Assembly: GCA_964355955.1 (NCBI GenBank)
Contig: CAYHFQ010000003.1
Location: forward strand, 31,777 to 95,776
Length of the DNA: 64,000 bases
DNA from: an uncultured Gammaproteobacteria bacterium
GTDB taxonomy: Bacteria > Patescibacteriota > Patescibacteriia > UBA9934
Reading direction: 5' to 3'
The translations under genes and the position numbers were made by a program. Position 1 is the first letter of the stretch. The number at the start of each line of letters is the position of its first letter. This document shows positions 54,682 through 63,407 of this stretch, piece after piece. The notes under the pieces were generated by a model. That model was not told the origin of the DNA, did not search any database, and saw only the letters and a list, made by a program, of their open reading frames with translations.

Positions 54682-54927
54682 ATGCTAGAACTTCCTGAAT
54701 TGGCCTATTTTGGGCTTGTCACTACGCCGACTTCCTCAACTCACGGCTCTAGTGAGTCTCGAAAGCTCGGCTTGTTCCGCACCCAAACTAGTCTCAATTC
54801 AGAAAGTTCTACTACAATTACGTGACTGTTTGCGGCGGTACTATAGCAAGTGTTAGGCTTTTTGACAAGCCGAGGGGTTGCCTAAATCGCCCCAGTTTGT
54901 TACTATTTTCCCGCGTTGAACTATCTG

Positions 54928-55013
54928 GCCGCGGTGGCGGAATGGTATACGCGACGGACTCAAAATCCGTTTCCCGCAAGGGATTGAGGGTTCGAGTCCC
55001 TCCCGCGGCACCA
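54928..55013 (+). tRNA. tRNA-Leu (anticodon CAA), type II with a long variable arm.
   Basis: Acceptor GCCGCGG/CCGCGGC, anticodon stem ACGGA/TCCGT, loop CTCAAAA, variable-arm stem CCC/GGG, CCA encoded. Confidence 0.9.
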
Positions 55014-55077
55014 ATAATCTCTAGCTTTGCTAGGGATTTTTGTTTGACCAATTTCTCTAAATACGCTATTATCCCGT

Positions 55078-55154
55078 CGCAGGGTAGAGCAGCCCGGCAG
55101 CTCGTCGGGCTCATAACCCGAAGGTCGTCGGTTCAAATCCGACCCCTGCAACCA
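55078..55154 (+). tRNA. Initiator tRNA-fMet (anticodon CAU).
   Basis: C1:A72 mismatch, three consecutive G-C pairs at the base of the anticodon stem (TCGGG/CCCGA), loop CTCATAA, CCA encoded. Confidence 0.85.
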
Positions 55155-55158
55155 AAAG

Positions 55159-55187
55159 TCCCCCGCCTTGGCGGAGGATTTTTGTTT
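55159..55187 (+). terminator. Terminator after the tRNA-fMet gene: TCCCCCGCC-ttg-GCGGAGGA followed by TTTTTGTTTG.
   Basis: Hairpin plus T-run. A similar GGATTTTTGTTTG motif follows tRNA-Leu at 55034-55046. Confidence 0.5.
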
Positions 55188-55198
55188 GTGATGAGTGG

Positions 55199-57892
55199 CT
55201 AGAGAAACTTGGCGAATTGGTGTCGGTAGAAGAATTTACGGATTTCTTCGACTACGATGATGGAAGCGGCGACGAGCAAGACGAGAGCCCAGTCGGCTAG
55301 CGAGAGTGGCGTAGTATGTAAGATATTTTGTAGGAATGGCAGGTAGAGAGCGGCCAATTGGAGCAGGATGACAATCACCGTGGCGCCGACCAAGAACTTA
55401 TTGGAGAAGGGATTAAGCTGAAAAATTGACTTACTGGCGGAGCGACAATTCCAGGCATTAAACCATTGGAAGGCGGCGAGTGTAGTGAGGGAGATAGTCC
55501 AGGCTCTAGTCATGTCAAACGCAATTGCGTCATGGTAAAGATAGAGCGTGCCGATGGTCATGGTGAGGGCCATAAGGAACATGCGCTGAGCCATAAGGCC
55601 GTCCACAATCCATTTTTTTGGCTTAGTGAACTTCCCTTTCATGAGCCCCTTTTCTTTGGGCTCCATGGCGAGGGCGACGTCGAGGAAGCAGTCCGTGACA
55701 AAGTTGAGCCAAATAATTTGGACAGCAATCAAGGGTAAAGGAAAGCCCAAGAGCAGCGCGCCAATGATGACCATGACTTCCCCGGTGTTGGTTGAGAACA
55801 GGTAGAGAATAACCTTTTTGATGGTTTGGTAAATCCCCCGGCCTTCTTCCACGGCGGACACGATACTGGCGAAATTGTCGTCGAGGAGCACGATGTCTGA
55901 TGCTTCTTTGGCTACTTCAGTGCCAATCTTGCCCATGGCAACCCCAATGTCCGCGGCTACCAGTGAAGGTGCGTCATTGACCCCGTCACCGGTCATGGCA
56001 ATAACCTCGCCGCGTGCCCGGTAGGCCTCGACAATCCGTAGCTTGTGAGCTGGCGTGACGCGGGCAAAAACAGTGGCGTGGGCGATTTGTTCAGCGAAAT
56101 CAGCGTCTGTTAGGCGATCAATCTCTTCCCCGGTAATAGTTAAGTCACCCGGCCGCCAAATGTCAGCTTGGGCAGCAATGGCTTGGGCGGTGAGACGATG
56201 GTCGCCAGTAATCATGACTACGCGCATGTTGGCGGCTCGGACGTGCTCTACAGCGGCTTTGACTTCTGGGCGGAGGGCGTCGTTCATGCCAAAAAAACCA
56301 ACAAACGTGAGGGGCGGCAGAGCGTCGACGTTGATGGTCTGACCAGCAGCCGAATTCATAGCGAAAGCAATCACCCGGAAGCCCTGGGCCGCGAGCTGCT
56401 TGATTTCTTCCTCCAGAGCCTGACGCTTGGCCTTGGTGAGTGTCGTCTCCCCGTCTTGTTGCCAAACATTAGCGCAGAGCTCGAGCACGTTTTCTGGTGC
56501 GCCGGCCACAGTCAAATAGTTCTGCTGATCCACATACCTAATAATGGCATGGTATTTGCGCTGTGAGTCAAAGGGTAGATCGAAGATTTTTGGGGCCGTC
56601 TGTTCTAGTGTGTCTTGCGGTAAACCCAGCTTTTCAGCCAAGACAAGCATGGCGGCCTCGGTTGGGTCGCCAGAAATTTGCCAGGATTTGGTGGCTGGGA
56701 CGAAGAAAAGTCGGGCATTGGCGCAGAGTAAGGCGATTTTGCCGCTCAGCATTAATCCAGGATGATGCAACGGGCTGACCGCCTGGCCGTTCAAACTAAC
56801 CTGGCCTTGAGGCTCGTAGCCGTTCCCCGCCGGCGAGAAACTCTGGCCGTCGACATAAACACGCTGGAGGAGCATTTCATTTCTGGTGAGCGTGCCGGTT
56901 TTGTCGACAGCGATGATTTCTGTTTGCCCTAGGGCCTCGACAGCTGGTAAACGTTTGACCAAAACATGACGCTTGGACATGCGCAAAACGCCAGTTGCTA
57001 AAACTAAAGTTAGCACAACGGGTAAGCCTTCCGGAATAATTGAGACCGACAGGGAAACAACCGCGATGAGTAATTCCTTGAGAGGCTCACCGGAGAGCAA
57101 ACCAATGATGACAAGCAATAAACTGACGACGGCAACAATAACGATGATGACTTTTGAAAGGTAACGAATGTTGGTTTTTAAGGGAATTTCCGTATTGACG
57201 GCAGCGATAGCTTGAGCAATTTTGCCAATTTCTGTAGCTAAACCAGTCGCAACAACAACGGCGGTGCCGGTGCCACTTAATACGTAGGTGCCCTTGAAGA
57301 CCATGTTTGATTGGTCAGCGACCGGTAGATTGAGGCCTGTCAGTTCGGTGTCGACCTTCAGCACTGATTCTGACTCACCAGTTAAACTGGCCTCGTCAAG
57401 ACGGAGGGTGTTGGCGAAGATCAGGCGAGCATCGGCTGGGACTTTCGAGCCCTCCTGCAAAATAATAATGTCGCCAGGGACAACGTCGACATCTAAAATT
57501 ATTAGCTCTTGGCCAGCCCGCAAAACCACGGCCGAAGTTTCCGTGAGCTTCTTGATGGCGAGCAGGGAGTTTTGCGCTTTGCCCTCCTGAATGGTGCCAA
57601 TGATGGCGTTGAATAAGAGAACGGCGAAGATAATGGAAGCGTCGACAACTTCACCAATAGCTAAAATAACAGCGGCGGCGGCTAAAAGTAAATAAATTAG
57701 AGGGCTTTGAAATTGCCTGAGGAAAATCAACCATAAACTATCCACCTTCCCGGCTGGCAAATAGTTTGGCCCGTATTTCTTGATCCGTTTAGCGACTTCA
57801 TTTTGAGTTAAGCCGTGTTCGTTGGTAGTGAAGGCAGTCAGAACAGCAGGAACAGTTTTAGTGGACCAGGAAATGTTCTGTTTGGTTGTCAT
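55199..57892 (-). CDS. P-type cation-transporting ATPase (P2-type, Ca2+/Mg2+-like).
   Basis: DKTGTLT phosphorylation motif, TGES, MTGDGVNDAPSL and 10 predicted transmembrane segments. 897 aa. Confidence 0.9.
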   Translation of the reverse strand: MTTKQNISWSTKTVPAVLTAFTTNEHGLTQNEVAKRIKKYGPNYLPAGKVDSLWLIFLRQFQSPLIYLLLAAAAVILAIGEVVDASIIFAVLLFNAIIGTIQEGKAQNSLLAIKKLTETSAVVLRAGQELIILDVDVVPGDIIILQEGSKVPADARLIFANTLRLDEASLTGESESVLKVDTELTGLNLPVADQSNMVFKGTYVLSGTGTAVVVATGLATEIGKIAQAIAAVNTEIPLKTNIRYLSKVIIVIVAVVSLLLVIIGLLSGEPLKELLIAVVSLSVSIIPEGLPVVLTLVLATGVLRMSKRHVLVKRLPAVEALGQTEIIAVDKTGTLTRNEMLLQRVYVDGQSFSPAGNGYEPQGQVSLNGQAVSPLHHPGLMLSGKIALLCANARLFFVPATKSWQISGDPTEAAMLVLAEKLGLPQDTLEQTAPKIFDLPFDSQRKYHAIIRYVDQQNYLTVAGAPENVLELCANVWQQDGETTLTKAKRQALEEEIKQLAAQGFRVIAFAMNSAAGQTINVDALPPLTFVGFFGMNDALRPEVKAAVEHVRAANMRVVMITGDHRLTAQAIAAQADIWRPGDLTITGEEIDRLTDADFAEQIAHATVFARVTPAHKLRIVEAYRARGEVIAMTGDGVNDAPSLVAADIGVAMGKIGTEVAKEASDIVLLDDNFASIVSAVEEGRGIYQTIKKVILYLFSTNTGEVMVIIGALLLGFPLPLIAVQIIWLNFVTDCFLDVALAMEPKEKGLMKGKFTKPKKWIVDGLMAQRMFLMALTMTIGTLYLYHDAIAFDMTRAWTISLTTLAAFQWFNAWNCRSASKSIFQLNPFSNKFLVGATVIVILLQLAALYLPFLQNILHTTPLSLADWALVLLVAASIIVVEEIRKFFYRHQFAKFL

Positions 57893-57895
57893 AGA

Positions 57896-58387
57896 TTAGA
57901 ACCAAGCGTTGGCACCAGCTGTGATGAGGGTGACGAGGCCGCCGGCGACCAAGGTGCCGAGGCCGATGGCGACGAAGGCGGTGCGGAATGGGATTTTGAG
58001 GGCGACGGCGACGAGGGCGGAAGACCAGAGGCCGGCCAGTGGGAGAGGAATGCTGGCGAGCAGGAAGAGGGCGATGGCGCCGTAGCGTTCGTATTGTTTT
58101 TTGAGTTTATGTTCGCCGTGGACGAGAAGTTTGTCGATGGGGGCGACGAGCCTGGGGAGATGCTTAGAGCAGAAGTCGCGTAACGCTTTGAGGCCGAAGA
58201 AAATGGGGAAAAATGGAATCATGGTACCTAAGACGGCCAGGCCATAGGCGTCCATAGGACTGATGTTCCAGGAATGGATGGCGAGCGGAATGGTTAAGCG
58301 GAGCTCGGTCAGCGGGAGGCCGGAGAGCAACATGGTAGCTAGCCAATGTGGCCAGGACTCGAAGAAGTTGATGATGAGCTCAACCAT
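57896..58387 (-). CDS. Small multi-pass membrane protein (163 aa).
   Basis: Hydrophobic profile. 3 nt from the ATPase start, so probably co-transcribed. Confidence 0.45.
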   Translation of the reverse strand: MVELIINFFESWPHWLATMLLSGLPLTELRLTIPLAIHSWNISPMDAYGLAVLGTMIPFFPIFFGLKALRDFCSKHLPRLVAPIDKLLVHGEHKLKKQYERYGAIALFLLASIPLPLAGLWSSALVAVALKIPFRTAFVAIGLGTLVAGGLVTLITAGANAWF

Positions 58388-58395
58388 AGATTATT

Positions 58396-59313
58396 TTATT
58401 CCCAACTAAAGGTTTTGAAGGCCCAGGCGGCGAGGCCTTTGGCGTCTTTGAAACGGGCGGATTTGGACTCGGCGCCAAGGACGACGACGCGGAGAGCATG
58501 ACCATCGTGCTTGATAAGGGTGGCAAAACAGTAGCCGGCCTCCGGAATAAAGCCGGTCTTCCCTGCTACCACCTGATAGTCACCCGTGTTCATGTAGCTC
58601 GTGAGCAGTTCGTCCGTAGCGTCGATGTCGACGGAGTAACCGCTGGCCTGAGTCACGGTGACTTGGCTCTTGGGCATTATAGCAGCCATGGTTGGATTAG
58701 CGGCGGCGGCGGAGAGGATTTTGGTGAGGTCGCGAGCGGTTGAGACGTTGCCTGAGTCGACCCCGCTGACATCGACGTAGTGAGTACTCGTCATGCCGAG
58801 ATCCGTGGCTTTTTTGTTCATGGCAGTAATAAAATCTTCGGGTGAAAGGCCGGAAAAACGGGAGAGGGCTTTGGTGGCTGTGTTGTCGCTGCCGACCAAG
58901 CTGGCGCGCAGAACATCGCGCATAGTAACGGCGTCGTCAAAGCGGAGGTAGACGCGTCCCCCGCCAACGTAGTCGTCGCCGATGACGGTAATACGCGAGT
59001 CTAGCTTGGGATTGCTATCCATGAAAACGAGGATGGTCATGAGTTTGGTGATGCTGCCAATGGCACGGACGTCGTCGGGCTGTTCGGAGTAGAGAATGGC
59101 GCCGCTCGCGTCGTCGATAACAATGGCGCTAGCAGCTGAGGTGACGATGCCGTAGGAGTCGAGATCCGTCTTGGTTGGTGGCGTGATGCGATCGGCAGCT
59201 AACGGCAAAGTGGCGAACCAAGAGGTCGCCGAGTTGAGGGTGGTGCCGGAGCTAGGAAAAAGGTTGACCAGGCTGACGGCAAGCAGGAGTTGAGCGATGA
59301 CGTTGGGGATCAT
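58396..59313 (-). CDS. D-alanyl-D-alanine carboxypeptidase (peptidase S11, PBP5-like).
   Basis: SITKLMT (SxxK), SDN and KTG motifs. Confidence 0.8.
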   Translation of the reverse strand: MIPNVIAQLLLAVSLVNLFPSSGTTLNSATSWFATLPLAADRITPPTKTDLDSYGIVTSAASAIVIDDASGAILYSEQPDDVRAIGSITKLMTILVFMDSNPKLDSRITVIGDDYVGGGRVYLRFDDAVTMRDVLRASLVGSDNTATKALSRFSGLSPEDFITAMNKKATDLGMTSTHYVDVSGVDSGNVSTARDLTKILSAAAANPTMAAIMPKSQVTVTQASGYSVDIDATDELLTSYMNTGDYQVVAGKTGFIPEAGYCFATLIKHDGHALRVVVLGAESKSARFKDAKGLAAWAFKTFSWE

Positions 59314-59388
59314 AGGTATTTCAGAAAGTAGATTGTAGTTGGTAGATAGTAGACCACTCCCAGTATTAATTATTCTACCGTCTACATT

Positions 59389-59949
59389 CTACAGTCTACT
59401 ATCCGTCAGGTTACTCAACAACGCATCAATCTTCGCATTGACGTGGAGAGTGCTGTAGTCGGGCAGTTCCGAGACTTCGTGGACGCCGAAGAAGCGGAGA
59501 GCGTCCGTGGATAGGCGATAAGTGGGCTGCATTTTGACGACGTCGTCACGCTCGTCGACCAGGCCACGGAGCTGGAGGTTACGAAGAATTAACGAGCAAT
59601 TGACGCCGCGGATGGCTTCGATTTCTGGCTTGGTGAGGGGGCCACGGTAAGCGATGATAGTGAGAGTTTCCAGTGATGGACGAGTGAGTTCCGTGTCGAG
59701 CTCCACGTTGGTAGCTTTGGCGACCAACTCGGCGTGCTCGGGGTTGGTAACGAGCTGCACGAGATCATCGTCGAGGAGAAGATGGATGCCAGAAGATAAC
59801 GAGTTACGGGCGGCGGCCAGAGCAGTAATAGCAGAGTTGACTTCGGCCTCGGCCACGCCTACGAGTTTAGCAAGTTGCTTGCGCGAAATTGGCTTCGTGA
59901 GGACGAAGAGGAGGGATTCAAGTTGGCTGCGGAGTAATTCGTTGTCCAT
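59389..59949 (-). CDS. scpB: Segregation and condensation protein B.
   Basis: Winged-helix ScpB sequence (LESLLFVLTKPISRKQLAKL). Confidence 0.85.
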   Translation of the reverse strand: MDNELLRSQLESLLFVLTKPISRKQLAKLVGVAEAEVNSAITALAAARNSLSSGIHLLLDDDLVQLVTNPEHAELVAKATNVELDTELTRPSLETLTIIAYRGPLTKPEIEAIRGVNCSLILRNLQLRGLVDERDDVVKMQPTYRLSTDALRFFGVHEVSELPDYSTLHVNAKIDALLSNLTDSRL

Positions 59950-59950
59950 A

Positions 59951-60667
59951 TTAATCGATGCGGTGAATCATGATGTCGCCCCAGGTACTATTCTGAGTTG
60001 TACGGATGATGTTGCGGCGGAGGAGTTCGAGGAGAGCCAGAAAGCTCATGACGACGTCGATCTTCTTTTGGGCGCCGGCTGTAACTTGATTGAAGCTGAG
60101 GCTGGCGTTTAAGGAAATGGCTTCGCGAAGTTCGTCGATCCGTTCCTCAACTGACTTTACTCGCTCCAACGAGACTGCCGTGAGGGCGAAGAAGGGCTCG
60201 AGGCGTTTTTGGATGTCGCGGTAGGCGTCGGCGAGAGCGGAAGCTGTCGGTGGCCTCCCGCCGAAGTTCAAGCCCCCTCTAGCTCCCCCATAACTGGGGG
60301 AGGACTTTACATACGGCCGGGGGAAGAGGAGGTGCTGACCGTAACGTTCCTCGAGGCGTTCGGCAGCGTCCACGAATTCGCGGTAAATGCGGAGTTGCTC
60401 GGCCAGGACGTCTGAGGCGAGGTCTTCGTCGACCAGGCGCAGGAACGGGAGTAGTTCGCGGCTTTTGAGGTAAATGAGGCGGGAGGCGACGAGGAGGAAG
60501 TCGGCCAGGCCGTCGGCGGGGACGTGAGTTTCTTGTAAGTACAGCAAAAAATCGTCAGCAACTTTGGCTAACGAAATTTTGGCTATCTCGAGGTCCTTCT
60601 TTTCTATGAGCTCGAGGAGGAGCTCCAGAGGACCCGAGAATTCCTCGTTTTTGACGGCGAAATCCAT
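59951..60667 (-). CDS. scpA: Segregation and condensation protein A. It carries an in-frame copy of the 35-nt element.
   Basis: ScpA N-terminal motif FSGPLELLLELI. Internal KSSPSYGGARGGLN is encoded by the element at 60268-60302. Confidence 0.85.
   Translation of the reverse strand: MDFAVKNEEFSGPLELLLELIEKKDLEIAKISLAKVADDFLLYLQETHVPADGLADFLLVASRLIYLKSRELLPFLRLVDEDLASDVLAEQLRIYREFVDAAERLEERYGQHLLFPRPYVKSSPSYGGARGGLNFGGRPPTASALADAYRDIQKRLEPFFALTAVSLERVKSVEERIDELREAISLNASLSFNQVTAGAQKKIDVVMSFLALLELLRRNIIRTTQNSTWGDIMIHRID
60268..60302. repeat. 35-nt GC-rich palindromic element (E4) inserted in-frame in scpA, encoding SSPSYGGARGG.
   Basis: Minus sense TCCTCCCCCAGTTATGGGGGAGCTAGAGGGGGCTTG, in the same frame as the hflX copy. 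Confidence 0.6.
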
Positions 60668-60696
60668 GACCTGATTGTAACACGAACTGCTAAAAC

Positions 60697-60742
60697 TGGG
60701 GATAAGTGGTCTACCTCAAAGATATACCTTTGAGGTAGACCA
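60697..60742. repeat. Hairpin family copy 3: GGGGATAAG-TGGTCTACCTCAAAG-atatacc-TTTGAGGTAGACCA followed by AATTTTTA.
   Basis: Shares GATAAGTGGTCTAC...GTAGACCA with copies 1 and 2. The inner stem is again different but complementary (CTCAAA/TTTGAG). The loop contains TATAC. Confidence 0.65.
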
Positions 60743-60747
60743 AATTT

Positions 60748-62058
60748 TTACGGTCTCAGTCGCTGTACATCTCGAGGAAAAACTGTTGCTTCCTTGACGT
60801 TCGCGAGGCTCAAGATGTTTTGGGTGAGGCGCTGCAAACCAATAGCGAAGCCGCCTTCTGGTGGGATGCCGAATTTGTGCATGGTCAAGTAGTCCTCGAA
60901 ATCGGCCGGGTTCAAGCCCTTCTCGACAATGCGGGCCAGCTGTTCGTCGTAGCGGTTAATACGCATGCCGCCGGAGGTAATTTCACTCCCCCAACCGATG
61001 ACGTCGAAAGTGAGGGTGTTGTTCGGGTCGGTCGGATCCACCTTGGCGTAGAACGGGCGTTTGCCTGGCGTCCAGTCGGTGACGAAGACAAAGCCGCAGT
61101 TGTGGTGCTTAGGGGCCCATTCTTTGGAGAGCCACTTCTCGGCCGCTGGTGAGAGGTCTGGCTCCCCTGTTTCGTCGACGCCGGCTTCGTCGCGGTAGGC
61201 AGCCAAAGCGTCGGCTAGTTTGATGCGAGGGAAACGTTCGCCGAGTGGTGGGAGGACGGTTTCGAGAAGTGTAAGTTCCACAGCGCAATCACGCTCCACG
61301 GTGGCAACCATCTGGCGAATGGCAGCTTCTTCGATGTCCATGAGTTCCTCGATATTGTCGATAAACCCAGCTTCAAACTCGAGCTGGTTGAACTCGGTCA
61401 AGTGACGTGAGGTGGCGAATTTTTCGGCGCGGAAGGAGTAGCTGAGGCCATAAACACCTTCGTAAACGCCCATCGTGATTTGCTTATACAACTGGGCGGA
61501 TTGAGTGAGTGTGGCTTCGCGGCCGTAATAGTCCACCTTGAAGAACTCGGCACCGCCTTCGGAGGCAGCACCGGCCAGGACAGGAAAGAAAATTTCCGTG
61601 TAGCCTTGTGCTTCCATGAAGGCGCGATAGCCGTGGACCAAGGCGGCCTGGACGCGGAAGATGGCGCGCTGCTTAGGGTGACGGAGGGTGACCACGCGGT
61701 TATCGAGCAAGGTGTCCAGGTTCACGTCGAGCACGGGCTTGCCGATTTCTACCGGCACGACGTCGACAACAGGTGAGAGTATTTCTAAAGTCTCGACCTG
61801 CATTTCGACTTCTTTAATCAACGGATCCTTCGATTTCTTTTCGACGATGAGACCGGTGACGGATAAGACAGTCTCGACCTGGAGGCCGTGGAGTTGGGTG
61901 AGTTGCTCGGCATTGAGAACGGTTTGGGCGAGGCCGGAACGGTCGCGAATGATGACGAAACCGAACTTGCTCATGTCACGGAGGGTGTTGAGCCAGCCTT
62001 TGATGGTGACGACTTCACCGAGCTTTGAGGGGAGGTCTTTGACGAGGGTGCGAGACAT
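60748..62058 (-). CDS. aspS: Aspartate--tRNA ligase, archaeal/short type.
   Basis: Class IIb motifs FRAEKFATSRHLTEF, GGFAIGLQRL and the C-terminus ...ATVFPRDVQRLRP. The track ORF extends to 62193 with a low-complexity N-terminus; ATG 62058 (MSRTLVKDL) is preferred. Confidence 0.8.
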   Translation of the reverse strand: MSRTLVKDLPSKLGEVVTIKGWLNTLRDMSKFGFVIIRDRSGLAQTVLNAEQLTQLHGLQVETVLSVTGLIVEKKSKDPLIKEVEMQVETLEILSPVVDVVPVEIGKPVLDVNLDTLLDNRVVTLRHPKQRAIFRVQAALVHGYRAFMEAQGYTEIFFPVLAGAASEGGAEFFKVDYYGREATLTQSAQLYKQITMGVYEGVYGLSYSFRAEKFATSRHLTEFNQLEFEAGFIDNIEELMDIEEAAIRQMVATVERDCAVELTLLETVLPPLGERFPRIKLADALAAYRDEAGVDETGEPDLSPAAEKWLSKEWAPKHHNCGFVFVTDWTPGKRPFYAKVDPTDPNNTLTFDVIGWGSEITSGGMRINRYDEQLARIVEKGLNPADFEDYLTMHKFGIPPEGGFAIGLQRLTQNILSLANVKEATVFPRDVQRLRP

Positions 62059-62098
62059 AGACGAGAAGTTAGTAGATTGTAGATGGTAGAGAGTAGAT

Positions 62099-63406
62099 TT
62101 ATGGGGTGGAACGGTTAAGCATGCGGGGGAAGGCGATGGTTTCGCGGATGTGGTGGTTGCCAGTGATCCAACGGACGGTGCGCTCGAGGCCAATGCCGAA
62201 GCCGCTGTGCGGAACGGTGCCGTATTTGCGGGTGTTTAAGTACCAATCGTATTCGGCCAGGGGGTAGCCGCGGTCAACAATTTCCTTTTTGAGCGCGTCG
62301 TAGCTTTCTTCACGCTGACTGCCACCGATAATTTCGCGGCCCTCTTCTGGCGCGATGAGATCCGCATTCCTAGCGCGAAGCACGCCAGCTTCGTCGACGT
62401 AACGCTTCATGTAGAAAGCTTTGACGGCGGCTGGATAATCCTCGATGAAAATTGGTAGTTGATATTTATTGCCGAGGTAGATTTCTTCTTCGGTGCCCAT
62501 GTCGTCTAACGGATCCACGTCCGCAATACCGTCCGCGATGAGAATAGCCTTAGCTTCGGCGTGCTTGAGGTGGACGAATGGTTCGTCGACCAGTTTTTGC
62601 AGGAGGGTGGTGTCGCGCTCGAGGATCTTCAACTCGGGGGCGCAATATTTGAGGACGTCGCCGACGATGCGCTTGACCATGCGTTCCTGAATGGCCATGT
62701 TGTCGGCTTGGTCGTGGAAGGCCATTTCGGCGTCCATCATCCAGAGCTCCGAGAGGTGGTGGCGCGTCTTGCTCTTTTCCGCGCGGAAGACTGGGCCGAA
62801 GTCGTAAACTTTGCCGAAGCTCATAATGCCCGCTTCGCTATAAAGCTGGCCGGATTGTGAGAGATACATGGGGTTACCGTAGTAGTCGACGCTGAAAAGC
62901 TGAGTGGTGTCTTCACAGCTAGTTGGCTGCAAGATTGGGGTGTCAAAGCGGATGAAACCGGCTTCGTGGAAGAATTGCTCGATGCTGTAGAAGACCTGGT
63001 CACGAATTCTTAAAGTCGCCCAAGGCGTGGCGCTGCGGAGGTAGAGATCGCGGTTGTCAAAAAGGAAGTCTGGGCCGTGTTCCTTGTTGGCGATTGGATA
63101 ATCTTCTGGGGCGAGAGCGATGACGTTGAATGCTGTGCCTTGGATTTCAAAGCCGCTTGGCGCACGAGGCTCGGCTTTGACGATACCGGTGATGGTGACG
63201 GAAGACTCGAGGGTCAGTGATTTGAGCGCCTCCCACTGCTCGGCTGGCAAATCCCCTGCCGAGTAGACCACCTGCACGCGGCCGCTGCCGTCACGGAATT
63301 GTAAGAAGAAGATTTTGCCGCTGCTGCGGAAATTGTAGGCCCAGCCTTGGAGAGTAATTGTTTCGCCGACGAGGGATGAGAGTTGGGAGATATTGCTAGA
63401 TGTCAT
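62099..63406 (-). CDS. asnS: Asparagine--tRNA ligase.
   Basis: FRAEKSKTRHHLSELWMMDAEMAF and the C-terminus HSGFGIGLERTVRWITGNHHIRETIAFPRMLNRS, an AsnRS-type ending. Confidence 0.8.
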   Translation of the reverse strand: MTSSNISQLSSLVGETITLQGWAYNFRSSGKIFFLQFRDGSGRVQVVYSAGDLPAEQWEALKSLTLESSVTITGIVKAEPRAPSGFEIQGTAFNVIALAPEDYPIANKEHGPDFLFDNRDLYLRSATPWATLRIRDQVFYSIEQFFHEAGFIRFDTPILQPTSCEDTTQLFSVDYYGNPMYLSQSGQLYSEAGIMSFGKVYDFGPVFRAEKSKTRHHLSELWMMDAEMAFHDQADNMAIQERMVKRIVGDVLKYCAPELKILERDTTLLQKLVDEPFVHLKHAEAKAILIADGIADVDPLDDMGTEEEIYLGNKYQLPIFIEDYPAAVKAFYMKRYVDEAGVLRARNADLIAPEEGREIIGGSQREESYDALKKEIVDRGYPLAEYDWYLNTRKYGTVPHSGFGIGLERTVRWITGNHHIRETIAFPRMLNRSTP

Positions 63407-63407
63407 A

